Assembly (NCBI RefSeq): GCF_006345805.1
Contig: NC_043005.1
Span: 109,120,001-109,184,000 of the forward strand
From: Octopus sinensis
Lineage: Eukaryota
Length of the DNA stretch: 64,000 nucleotides
Direction of reading: 5' to 3'
The position numbers and the translations under genes were made by a program. This document shows, piece after piece, positions 38,846 to 52,628 of the stretch (the stretch's first letter is position 1; every line of letters begins with the position of its first letter). Under the pieces are notes generated by a model. That model worked only from the letters and a program-made list of their open reading frames with translations, did no database searches and was not told where the DNA came from.

Positions 38846-40215
38846 ATATTCTATTTGTTGTTGCTTTTGTAGATGATTTTGGTATGTTTTTTCCTGTTTT
38901 ATTGTCACTGGTATAGCTGTCGCATCTTTTGTTTTTGTTCCTTATTTCTGCTATTATTGTTATTAGTCTTGTAATTGTCTTTGCCCTGAGTGATGGAGGT
39001 CTTTGTAGTTTAGCCACAGGTTCAACCAGATAAGGGCAAATCAGTGATCAAAGACTTTTTAGCCAAAGTTTGAAGGCAATTATTTTGAAATATTTTTTCC
39101 CTACTTGTAATACAGTGGAGTGTGATTTGGCCAAAAACTTCGTTGCTATTTCTAGCAGGTCAAGCAATCACAAAAAATTTCTTTGATGGCCTGGAAGTAA
39201 CCCTCATTGACTTTTGTTTTATTATTGTAGTCGTTGTTGTTGGTGATGGTAGTGGTGGTGGTGCTATCATCATTATTCTTGTTTTTATTGTTTTTATTAC
39301 TATTGTTTATCACTATTGTTGTATTGTTGTTGTTGTTGTTGTTGGAATTGTAATTGTTGTTGCCCTGGTCTCACTGTTGTTGGTCTCAATATCATTGTTC
39401 CTGTTCTTGTTGTTAATCTCTAGCTTCCAACAATTACCTCTAGTTTCAGCTCAGTTCTTCATATAATCGGTGATGTCGTCTGTTTCCTTCGTGTTACACT
39501 TCACTGCACTGTACTACATCCCACACTGCAGCTAATAAGCCGCCATCATCATCATCATCCGCATCATTGCCGTCGTCGTCATCATCATCACCATCATCAT
39601 AATCATCATCATCACCATCATCATTGTTTTGATTGTTGTCATCTTCACCATCAACACTATCATCATCATCATCACCATCATCATTGTTTTGATTGCTGTC
39701 ATCGTCACCATCATCATCATCATTATCATTGTCCTCCTCCTCATCATCCTCGCCCTCATCGGCAGCACCAGTATTATTAGACAATAAACGTATTTGTCAA
39801 ATAGACTGGAACATTTTCTCAAGCTCAATATGCCATTTAGCATCACTTCCTACTTCATCTGTGACATTGGAAATATCTTCTGACAAAATCATTTTAATAA
39901 TTTTTTTTCTATTTTAGCTTTTGCCCACCTCCCCCATGCAATCCTCACCATAGCCCCTTTTTTTTATTTCTCTCACTCCCTACCCTTCTCATTCTCACCC
40001 TTTGTTCATCATTTCTGCCACCTCATAACTTTCATATTTTTTTTTTTTTTATTTTCACTTTTTACTTATGTTTTGATTTAAAATTTATTTTTACTTTTAA
40101 CTTTCTATTTTCTGTTTCACAATTGTCTTCATCATATATGCATTTGTATGAGAGCATACGCATGCATGAATATATATATATATGTGTGTACACATATACG
40201 CATATATATATATAC

Positions 40216-40290
<75 letters not shown>

Positions 40291-40299
40291 TATATATAC

Positions 40300-40334
<35 letters not shown>

Positions 40335-40525
40335 ATATATATACATATATATATATACACATAGACAAATGGATACATAGATATATATTTATGTATATAT
40401 ATGTATGTATATATATATAAGTATATATATACACATATATATATATATATTCATATATATATATAATATATATATATATATAATGTAGTGAGAGAGAGAT
40501 ATATAACACACATATATGCACATGC

Positions 40526-40557
<32 letters not shown>

Positions 40558-41100
40558 TTATTTTTACGACAACCCACGCCGTCATGAAGAGGGAGCATAA
40601 AAAATGACGATGGTGAAGATGATGGTGGTGATAATTATATATATACATATATGTATACACACACACATGTGCATGTGTGGACACACGCACACACACATGC
40701 ACACACCCGAACACAACCACATGTAGTATGTCTCAATTGTTAATGCCTTTTGTGTTTTCATTTTGTCCTTTTTATTCCTAAATATTATTTGTTTCTATTT
40801 ATCATTTATTTTAACCCAATGCATTTTAGTTGGGTAAATGGGAAGAAGTGACATCTTTGTATTCATTTTTTATTAAATTTCATGTAAACTTTTGCTTCTT
40901 ATGTTAACATACAAAGCAAAAATTCTTATATAAAATATATTAGCACACATAATATTGATATATTTATTGCCTTATTATAGTTAATGTTGATATTGGTGAT
41001 ATTGTTAGAATATATAGAAAGGAAAAAGCAGAAACTATAGACAGAAATCTCATAAACACACGCTCTCACAAAAACACATATATATATATGTGTGAGTGTG

Positions 41101-41144
<44 letters not shown>

Positions 41145-41147
<3 letters not shown>

Positions 41148-42360
41148 GGTGTTCTCCACAAGTATATACACTTGAACAGCTGATAATTTATTTTGCTTTC
41201 ATTTCTTTTTATATTTAACCCAATAGAAATAAAGAGAGACTTATTTAAGACAAAGAACATGTCTTCTAAAGTGCTACTGGAAGTTTGAAAATGCAATCAA
41301 AGGGAAAAGACAGTTTAGGAGGGAGTTTCAAACAGATTCCACTATGTGACTGATTACCATTCGATTTAGAGATAGGTTTGGAGTAAAGAAAACTGTTAAG
41401 AATGACCCCGAGAAACGTTTTGGAAGACTATGGACAGTGATGAGCCTCTCAAAGCAAGAAAGGGTACTTAGAAACATTGTCAGAGTCCATGAAAAGGTGT
41501 GAAGTTAATGCGTCTTGAAATAGAAATTTCAAAATCAAGAGTCCATTGCATTTTGAAGCATTGTCGTTGGAAATCTTACTCTTGAAGAACAGTCATTGTC
41601 CTCAATGAAGACGATCCAGAGGGATGAATAGTGCTTTGCACAATGTATATGGCAAGATGTGTAAAAGAACACACACTTTCTAACAATGATTTTGGGGTGA
41701 TGAAGCTACTTTTAAATTAAATGGTTCAATCAAAAGCCACAGTTGCACCTACTTCATATTACAGTGGAACATCGTTTTAATTTGCCAAGAGTTACAGTAT
41801 GATGTGACCTATCATTAAAAAGATTAAATGAGCCATTCTTTTGTGATGATTCTGTGACTGACCCCCATTTACTTGAACTTGGTGCAACACTCTATCAGTC
41901 CAAACCTTCAGAGGTTTTTGAAGATGTGGAATTTTACCCCAACACTAATATAGATTTGTAAAGGGCTACATTGATGAGGTTTTGCCCAGCAAGTGAAATG
42001 GATGAAGAGGACCAGTAGAAAACATTTTGTGTTCATTGAACTTCATACCACTAAAACGTTCTTTTTTTTTTGTGAGGATACTTAAAAGGTCTTTTTCTGA
42101 AAACTTTACATTAAACATTTTAAAGTTTACATAAAAAATCAGAAAACTGCTGATGAATTGAAAACATCTTTTGAACAAGAATGTGCTCATGTGTGAATAC
42201 AAGATGTAACCAGATGTTTGTAATTCCATTGCTTCACATTATTAGATGGGCCTGAATCAGAATGGTCATTAGTTTCTGAAGAAGAATACATACAAATATT
42301 TAATTCTGTCTGAAGATTCTATCAAAATTTGGAAATAAAATGTTTTTACTGAGCACTGAT
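41145..42360 (+). mobile_element. Decayed DD41D (rosa/VS-type) Tc1/mariner element, copy 1
   Basis: TA-cagggtg TIR start. Remnant motifs (YWKFENA..RQFRREFQTD) are homologous to 56520-58127. Confidence 0.7.
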
Positions 42361-42374
42361 TTTGTAATCTCTTT

Positions 42375-42765
42375 ACTCTTTACTATTTTACTTGTTTCAG
42401 TCATGTGACTGTGACCATGCTGGAGCATCACCTTTAGTCGAGCAAATCAACCCCAGGACTTATTCTTTGTAAGCCTAGTACTTATTTTATCGGACTCTTT
42501 GCCGAACCACTAAGTTACGGGGATGTAAACACACCAGCATCGGTTGTCAAGCAATGTTGGGGAGACAAATAGAGACACACAAACATATACACACACATAC
42601 ATATATACAACAGGCTTCTTTCAGTTTCCATCTACCAAATCCATTCACAAGGCTTTGGTCGGCCCCAGGCTATAGTAGAAGACACTTGCCAAGGTGCCAC
42701 GCAGTGGGACTGAACCCAGAACCATGTGGTTCATAAGCAAGCTACTTACCACACAGCCACTGCTA
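42375..42765 (-). mobile_element. OR1-like SINE
   Basis: Same family. Confidence 0.85.
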
Positions 42766-42949
42766 CATTGCTCATTTACCCCCCACTATATCACTATGTA
42801 TATATATATATATACACACACACATACTCAAGAGGAAGTAAAAGCTATGCATACTTTCACCAAATCTTTCTTCAGGTTGACCATATTGCTTTCAGTGTTT
42901 GCATGTTAAAAGGTGGTTATGTAACCGAAGTTTGGCCTTGATCACCTGT

Positions 42950-44160
42950 ATTTTCTTTCTCATGTTGCAGAGTAGACATGGTCCCTCTTTTGGAAGCATG
43001 CACCAAGGAGATCCAGAGATCAGTGATCCAATTTCTTCATTCTGAAGGTGTGTCAGAGACTGAAATTTATCACAGCCTTTCAGTACATTTTGTGAATGAT
43101 GCTCTACTGTGTAGCAGTATGAGAGGATCAAGAAGTTTTAAAATGTCTGGACAAGCATGGAGAACTGGTGTGAAGATTAACAAGTTCATGTGAGAGTTCT
43201 GGCAAACCGATGAGTGACCATCAATGAAGTGGCTTGTTCTCTGCTAATTAGTCATGGTTCTGCATACAGAATCATCCTCAAGGTTTGCTTCCATAAAGTC
43301 TGTGTGAGATGAGTGTCAAGAGAGCTTACTGAAGAGCATAAGTGCGACTCTATGGAGATCTGTTAATTCTAATTTGACCACTAAAATGATAAAAGTGAAG
43401 TTTTAGAGAGGATAGTCACAGACCTGAGTCCAGTATGTTAAGCCAGAATCCAAAAGGCAGAATATAGAGTGGAAACAATCAGAATAACTAGTTCAAAAGA
43501 AATTCAAGACTCAACCTTATGCAGAAAAAGTGATGCTTACTGTTTTTTTGGTGGGGATGCAAAATGTCCTATACTAGAATGTAACCTTGAAAAGGGGTCT
43601 ACAGTCACTAGTGTAGGCTATAGGGGAATGCTGGCCAACAAAATGAAATCAGAAATTTGTGCCAAATGTTGAGGTCTGCTGTCAAAGCAAGTATTATTGT
43701 TGCATGACAAAGACAGCAAGCTGGCAGGACCATTAGCATGCTGGGCGAAAAGCTTTGCAGTATTTCATCTGCCGTTACGTTGTGAGTTCAAATTCCGCCA
43801 AAGTCGACTTAGCCTGTCATCCTTTCGGGGTCGATAAATTAAGTACCAGTTATGCACTGAGGTCGATGTAATCGACTTAATCCGTTTGTCTGTCCTTGTT
43901 TGTCCCCTCTGTGTGTAGCCCCTTGTGGGTAGTAAAGAAATAGGTATTTCATCTGCTGCTACGTTCTGAGTTCAAATTCTGCCGAGGTCGACTTTGCCTT
44001 TCATCCTTTCGAGGTCAATAAAGTAAGCACCTGTTGAGTATTGGGTTCTCTCTAAATTTCAGGCCTTTTGCCTAGAGTTGAAAGGATTATTGTTGCATGA
44101 CAATGCACTGCCACAAACGGTTGCCCATTCTATTGAAACCATTGAAAAATAGTTTTGAGT
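42950..44160 (+). mobile_element. Decayed mariner (DD34D-type) transposase, interrupted by a nested Nin-SINE pair
   Basis: N-terminal MVPLLEACTKEIQRSVIQFLHSEG. Also GDAKCPILECNLEKGSTVTS..LLSKQVLLLHD / LLHDNALPQT, split by an 18-bp duplication. Confidence 0.75.
43711..44085 (+). mobile_element. Nested pair of Nin-domain SINEs with an 18-bp TSD (43693-43710 / 44086-44103)
   Basis: Two Nin domains. The inner unit 43760-43943 ends in a Tx1-like tail. TSD attattgttgcatgacaa. Confidence 0.8.
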
Positions 44161-44299
44161 TGTTTTGGGTGGCTGGGACCCGTGTGTTCAGTCCAGATCT
44201 TGAGCAATCTACAGTCCAGATCAAACCCAGTACTTATACTATGAGTCTATTTTGCTGAACTACCAACAGTTGATGTCGTTAATACACCTGCACTTTTAC

Positions 44300-44950
44300 A
44301 TGCGTGGCTTTTCAGCCACATGGTTCTGGTTCAGTTCCACTGCATGGCACCTTGGGCAAATGTCTTCTACTATAGTGTCAAGCCAACCAAAGCCTTGTGG
44401 GTGGATTTGGTAGAGGGAAACTGAAAGATGCCCGTCATATATATGTGTGTGTGTGTGTGTATTTGTCTACCATCACCACTTGACAACTGGTGGTGGTGAC
44501 GTGATCATATCCCCATAACTTAGTGGTTTGACAATAGAGATTGATAAGATGAGTACTAGGGTTTATTTGTTCAACTAAAACCCTTCAAGGCAGTGCCCTG
44601 GCATGACTGCAGTCAAATGGTTGCAACAAGTTAAAGAATAAAATAAAAAATAATTTGTAATTCCTTTTGGGGGAGGGGAAAGTTGTTTACATCAACCCCA
44701 GTACTCAAATGGTAGTTAATTTACATACATACTTTTTCATTCTGCTTTTCTTTTCTTTGTTTCTGTCTTTTGACTGCAGCCATGCTGGAGCACTACTTTT
44801 AGTCGAACTAATCAACCCCACAACTTCTTTGTAAGCCTGGTACTTATTCAATCATTCTCTTTTGCTGAACCACTAAGCTATGGAGATGGAAACACATCAA
44901 CATGGGTTGTCAAGTGATGGTGGGTGGACAAACACAGACACAGAGACACA
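44300..44950. mobile_element. Two decayed OR1-like SINEs (44300-44645 plus; 44755-44950 minus, partial)
   Basis: Same family motifs, diverged. Confidence 0.7.
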
Positions 44951-44974
44951 AAAATATATACATATATATATATA

Positions 44975-45809
44975 CAACAATAGTATTAAGGAATGACCCT
45001 GACAGGCCGTTCAACTCACTTGAAAGAGCAGCTAAACTCAAACCGCAAAATAGTAGTAATTCTGAAACTAAAGGAGAAATAAAAACATTTATCCCCTTCC
45101 ACTTTGGACTATGCATAGTTTCGACGTTTTTACGTAATCGAATTTAATTATATTAAATTAAATCCATTTACAGCCTGTCAGGGTCATTCCTTAATACTAT
45201 TGTTGAATATATTATATAGTCTGTGTCTATTTCTACTTTCTCACTTGACCGCTGGTTGCGGAACATTTTTCTTGAATTTTTTCCTGAATTTTCTTGCTAC
45301 CCTTGTATTGATTAATTAATGATTTTTTGACTAATTCTGAAATTGTATCAGCAGTTTATATTTGCTGCTGAGTAGATGGCGCGGTTACGGTGGATTTCGA
45401 AAATTTAGGGTATATAAACTCGAAGCTTCGATGGTGCTGCCTCGTGTGTATATATTTTCCTTTTCCTTGGCTATTTGCTGACGAGACAAGCCAATCGTAA
45501 ACGGATTTAATTTAATTTAATTAAATTCGATTACGTAAAAACGTCGAAACTATGCATAGTCCAAAGTTGAAGGGGATAAATGTTTTTATTTCTCCTTTAG
45601 TTTCAGAATTACTACTATTTTGCGGTTTCAGTTTAGCTGCTCTTTCAAGTGAGTTGAACGGCCTGTCAGGGTCATTCCTTAATACTGTTGTTGAATATAT
45701 TATATAGTCTGTGACTATAGTCTACTTTCTCACTTGACCGCTGGTTCCGGAAAATTTTTCTTGAATTTTTTCTTGAATTTTTTTGCTACCCTTATATTGA
45801 TTAATTAAT
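44975..45809 (+). mobile_element. PLE pLTR-like repeat: 1.3 tandem units (period ~489) plus a 5' inverted partial copy
   Basis: 45173-45320 repeats at 45661-45809. 44975-45170 is the reverse complement of about 45497-45692. Contains the hammerhead at 45474-45565. Confidence 0.75.
45474..45565 (+). ncRNA. Type I hammerhead ribozyme with long stem II insertion
   Basis: tttg CTGACGA gac..gtc GAAA ctatgcatag UC caaa. Stem III is a perfect 10-nt palindrome; GUC cleavage site at 45561. Confidence 0.75.
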
Positions 45810-45811
45810 AC

Positions 45812-46315
45812 TACATACTTCGCCTTTAATGTACTTATATATGAATAATATATGGCCTGTGCTAGAAACACCAGCGATAATAATTAATTTTATTTTATCG
45901 CATTTTGAATTTGTTTACATATTTCTCGATAAATTTTGAGCGTTAGACTATATACCAGAAATCCCTAGTTTGTCGGGTTCGTTCTGCGTCTGCGCAGTGA
46001 TCTGATTAGTTAGAAAGAGCAAATTAGTAGACGCACATGTGTCTATCGAGTTGCGCTTCATAATACAGGAATCTTACTGAAGAGCCTACCTGAGTAAATA
46101 AATATTATTTTTATTGCTGAAAAAGGTGAAACTGCAGTCTAAGATGAACAGAGTTAGTAAATGTTTTTATTTTCACTTCACTAAATTTATCAAGCTTCTG
46201 TGTTTCTAGTACATACTTCGCCTTTAATGTACTTATATATGAATAATATATGGCCTGTGCTAGAAACACCAGCGATAATAATTAATTTTATTTTATCGCA
46301 TTTTGAATTTGTTTA
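45812..46315 (+). mobile_element. Second PLE/retrozyme-like repeat: 1.27 tandem units (period 398)
   Basis: 45812-45917 repeats at 46210-46315, with the hammerhead at 46071-46145 between the copies. Confidence 0.75.
46071..46145 (+). ncRNA. Type I minimal hammerhead ribozyme
   Basis: atctta CTGAAGA gcct..aggt GAAA ctgcag UC taagat. Stem I is 6 bp and stem III is palindromic; GUC cleavage site at 46139. Confidence 0.8.
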
Positions 46316-46347
46316 TATATATATATATATATATAATATATATATAT

Positions 46348-47690
<1,343 letters not shown>

Positions 47691-48520
47691 GTGTATAAAG
47701 ACACATACTTAATCTTACGACACTGTCAACTATTTTTCTATTTACTCGGTTTAAAGTTTCGAAAGGTGTTTGAGACATCATTAGCCACAAATCTTCTCAC
47801 CAACGACTTACCACCCTTACCAACAATCCCCCTCATTATTATTTCCTTCTTTTTCCGAAGCAATTCTTGCCAAAGCTATTTCTTAAATGCTCTTTTTCAT
47901 AAACTTTTACATTTCTCTTGTTGCTGTCATTGTCGATGTCATTGTTGTTGTTGTTGTTGTTGTCGCTGTCATTGTTGTTGTTGTTGTTGTTGTTTCCATT
48001 AACCACACCCTCACAAGTGTATGATTGGCAATTTACAATGTTAAGGATCAGCAGATATTTAATGGTCTGAACTAACAGAAACCAGAGAACAGATCAGGTG
48101 GAGAGCTTTATTTTATTGATGTTTGTTTGTGTTTGTATTTTTGTTAGTGTTTTATTTCATCATTTTTATTTCATTCTTTATCTTTTTTTTGTTTTTCTCC
48201 AACATTGACCTTCAGTTTGTAACCAAATAATTTATTTTATCTTTTTTAAAATTTTTCCTAGATTTTGAATTTGTCATGCACGGTTGGTTGATTTCTGGTT
48301 GGTGGATTATTCTTTTATTCATTTATTTTGTTGTTGATGTTGTTGTTATTCATTTTGTTATTTTGTTTGATGGGAAGGAGTTTCTTCTTCCTGACTGAAT
48401 CTATTTCCACACCCTTACAGTGTGGAAACTAACAACCTTTGCAGCAACAACAAACAGAATTATACACATACACACACGTATGCATTCAAACACATACATT
48501 ACGTTCATGCATATATATAT

Positions 48521-48553
<33 letters not shown>

Positions 48554-48589
48554 CATACATACATACATACATATAATATATATATATAT

Positions 48590-48622
<33 letters not shown>

Positions 48623-48674
48623 TACATACATATATATATATACATACAACATGCATATACATACACATATATAT

Positions 48675-48778
<104 letters not shown>

Positions 48779-49749
48779 GGTGTGTGTGTGTGTGTGTGTG
48801 TATAAGTGGGTATGCATATGCATACAATGATATATACATAAACATAAACTCCAGATATATATATAAATATATATACTCTTGTGTACATGAGTTGAGTAAA
48901 TATAAGCAGAATTATACATTTGTATAGGGTGCAGCAAAAAAAAACCTAATGATTCATCATTTTTGTTTGATGTTTTAGGAGCAAGCTCAGGGTACACCAG
49001 CCCAAATCATGTAACTAATGTTTTATCATGCATAGTACACTATATAAGCTAGTCTGTTTACTGCACTGTCCATGCATGAAACTCAAAGTAGCTCATGTAT
49101 AACAGCTGCATTCATTAAATGCTATTTATCTCTCACTGGATCGAGTACTTTTTTGCTGTTCATATCAACGAGTGTACACTATATGTAGTACATGCATGGG
49201 TGTATGTATATGTGTGTGCGGTGAGTATGTATATATATATATGTATTAGTATATATGTATGTGTTTGTGAGAGTGATTGCATGTATGTCAGAGAGAGAGA
49301 GAGAGAGAGAGAGAGTGTGCGTATGTAATCATTTAATAGTCCATGTCCAATGCTGGCCTAGGTTGGGCAATTTGACAGGATTTAATGTATACAAGGGCTA
49401 CACCCTGTTCCAGTATATGCTGAAGCATGACCTCTGCAGCTGGTACTCACTGTTTCACAAACTACATGGCAACCTTACTAGTGCCACCAGCATAGCTGAT
49501 TACAATTGAATGCATGGTGGGTGACATGGGGCGGGGTAGAGATCAACTGTTCATGGAACCAATTGCATTCATGGCTGGATCAGAGCTGTCATTTGGACCA
49601 AAGACCATTTGTGAAATAAATCCTGTGCTTGATATATGTTGTTGAATGTATGATTATGTATCTTTTTCTGCAAATGTATTTTTTTTAATGGTGTCTTTAC
49701 TTTCCTCTACTCTGTTTTGCTCTTGATTGCTTTGTTTACTTGGTAAATA

Positions 49750-49928
49750 CTAAACATCTTGAAAAGTAAATTCAATAACCAGAATGATGGTATATACAGA
49801 GATGATGGTCTGGTTGTTACTACAGGCACTAAAAGCTGTACTTTTGATAGGTTTAGAAAAGAACTTATACTTACTATCAAGTAACTCAGATTAAATAACA
49901 CAACAGACAACCTGGCCTTAAAATCCAA
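49750..49928 (+). mobile_element. Penelope-like element (PLE) reverse transcriptase fragment
   Basis: LNILKSKFNNQNDGIYRDDGLVV..FDRFRKELILTIK*. The YRDDGL catalytic motif (49795-49812) is characteristic of PLE RTs. Confidence 0.65.
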
Positions 49929-50483
49929 TTTTTGCTCTCTTACATTAATTTTAATAGAAGATGCTATTTGTTTATGGAAGAGGAGGTGAGCAAATCATAC
50001 CATAAAAAATCTAAAGTGCATATGAATATTTGTTCTGAATGTTTTGGAATAAAAATATTTATTGAAACATTAACCTCAAACACGACATCACCAACGCTAC
50101 TACTTTCTCAGTTGTTACATGTAGTAACTACATTACCTGCCCAATGGCACACACTATACAAATGTAAGATGTCCCCATTATTTCAAGTATTGTACTATAA
50201 GATGCAGTTGCTTACTATTTCTGATGCTTTAGCACAATTTCATTTAAACCTTGCTGGAAATCCCAATACTTTACGACTGCTTGTACTACTAAAACATGCA
50301 TGGATGTGCATTTCTACACACACATTCATAGACACACATGTATATATATATATATATATATATAGATGTATGTATACATATATAAAGTTAATCCAAACGA
50401 GAAAGCACAAAAAAACACAACACTCGAGGACGTGGAACAAATATAGTATTATTGGATGCTCAGGAAAGAAGGAAAGAAGGAGA

Positions 50484-50518
50484 GTTTAACGTTTCGAGCA
50501 GAGCTCTTCGTCGGAAAC
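50484..50518 (-). ncRNA. 35-nt ultra-minimal hammerhead-like variant inside a short PLE-type repeat (about 50390-50570)
   Basis: Minus strand: gttt CCGACGA a gagc-tct-gctc GAAA cg UU aaac. Stem III is reduced to the palindrome ACGU. Confidence 0.5.
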
Positions 50519-51162
50519 ATAGGAGAAGGAAAGATCCAGAGAAGGAAAGACAGAGGAAAAAATTCACATGCACACATGTATGTATATATATATATATACA
50601 TACACATACATACATTTGTGTTGCATGTGTGTGTGTGTCCATGGGTGCATGCATGCATATGTACATGTCATAATATCTAATTCCATTGTAAAAAAGAGTG
50701 CTTATCTCTTTTACACAATTGGCCTTAAAATTTACGAAGCTCAAGGGAAATAACTTCTGTGTAACAACTAATAAATTATTTTCCTCCCTAAAAAATGATT
50801 GCATATTGAATGAAAGATCAGGAACCACCAGAGTTTTAAGAGGGATAATGTATTGTTCATACTCATATATCATTAGCAAAATGATCCTTTGCTTACAAAA
50901 TAAATATTTTTAAAGAAACAGGCGGTTGCTAAAATGTTTTGAGCCCTTATGCTTTACTAATACTAATACTGATACACAGAAACACTTCTTTATATTCTAA
51001 GCTATCACCTGTTTATAAATTGTGCTCTAATTCATACATGTATGTGTGTGATTATGTATGTGTATACGTACATAATATTAGTAGTAATGAGTACTTTTAT
51101 TAGTATTTGTTTTATTGAGAGTATATATGCAAGAATATTCTCTTACAAGAAGTAACATTGTA

Positions 51163-51247
<85 letters not shown>

Positions 51248-51257
51248 CTCCTCTCTC

Positions 51258-51324
<67 letters not shown>

Positions 51325-51328
<4 letters not shown>

Positions 51329-51500
51329 ATAGATCGTTAGCTCCTACACGCATCTCTCCTTGTTTTTTTCTGTGTATCTTTCTGTCGAAGAGCGTAGGCT
51401 CGAATGTAAAAGACTTTTTCTATTCCTGAGCGCTATACTACTACATTTGTTTGTTTGTACTCCACCTGCCTTCATCTTTGTTTATTTTCATAAACTTTCT
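51325..51500 (+). mobile_element. Short PLE-type repeat with decayed hammerhead motif (51378-51412)
   Basis: cttt ctgtcga a gagcgtaggctc gaa tg ta aaag; flanked by (TA)n. Confidence 0.55.
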
Positions 51501-51568
51501 TTCCTTTATATATATATACATACATACATATATACATACATACTATTATACATACATACATATATATA

Positions 51569-51611
<43 letters not shown>

Positions 51612-51640
51612 ATAGATATATATATATATATATAACCACA

Positions 51641-51685
<45 letters not shown>

Positions 51686-51936
51686 CTATATGTATTAGTA
51701 TATCATACATAATATTATAACATATATAAACATACTACATACATACATACATACATATATATTATATATATATACACACACACACCACTATCATGAGTGT
51801 TAGGTTTCCAAACCCTAACAAGATCCCTTTCTCCACCACAAAAACTTTGTTTACAATTTTATCATATGAAAGTAGCAAGTACATTTAATATCAATCTGTA
51901 ATCCCCATTAAGTGTTTAAAGGCTTCCTGAAGAGAG

Positions 51937-52036
51937 NNNNNNNNNNNNNNNNNNNNNNNNNNNNNNNNNNNNNNNNNNNNNNNNNNNNNNNNNNNNNNNN
52001 NNNNNNNNNNNNNNNNNNNNNNNNNNNNNNNNNNNN
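51937..52036. other. Assembly gap (100 N)
   Basis: Run of N. Confidence 1.
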
Positions 52037-52189
52037 TATACATATATGCAGATATATATATAATATATATATATATACATATATATACACACATATGTAT
52101 ATATATGTACATATATATACACAGACACACATATATATAGATACATACATAAGTATATATGTATGTATTCTTTTATGGTTTCACTTTTT

Positions 52190-52594
52190 TCATTCTTTCA
52201 GTCACTTGACTGTGGCCATACTAGAACACCACCTGAAAGTACTCATTCTGTTGGTCTTTTTTTGCTGAACCACTAAGTTACAAGGTTGTAAACACACCAG
52301 CATCAGTTGCCAAGTGATGGTTGTGAGAGAGGTACAAACACAGAAAATAAAGACAAATTCTTTAAACTATTTTTGGTGTTCCAAGCCTGATAAATGTTTT
52401 TGATTCAGCTTGTGGGGAGAGCTATGTGACTGCAAAGTAGGTCTGATACAACAGTTTATATTTGTGGCATCTATGGAACGTTTTATTGTTTGGAGAAAAA
52501 TAAAATGATTTGGGGAAGAATGAAGTAGTAGGATAAAGAAGAGTAGATAGAGAAAGAGGAAGAGAATAAACCAAACTACATTTATAGATATTAT

Positions 52595-52628
<34 letters not shown>

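Noticed and set aside
39494-39784. Acidic D/E-rich 96-aa ORF
   Set aside because: Reverse of a (CAT)n tract with a ~60-bp internal duplication; no convincing splice or domain evidence.
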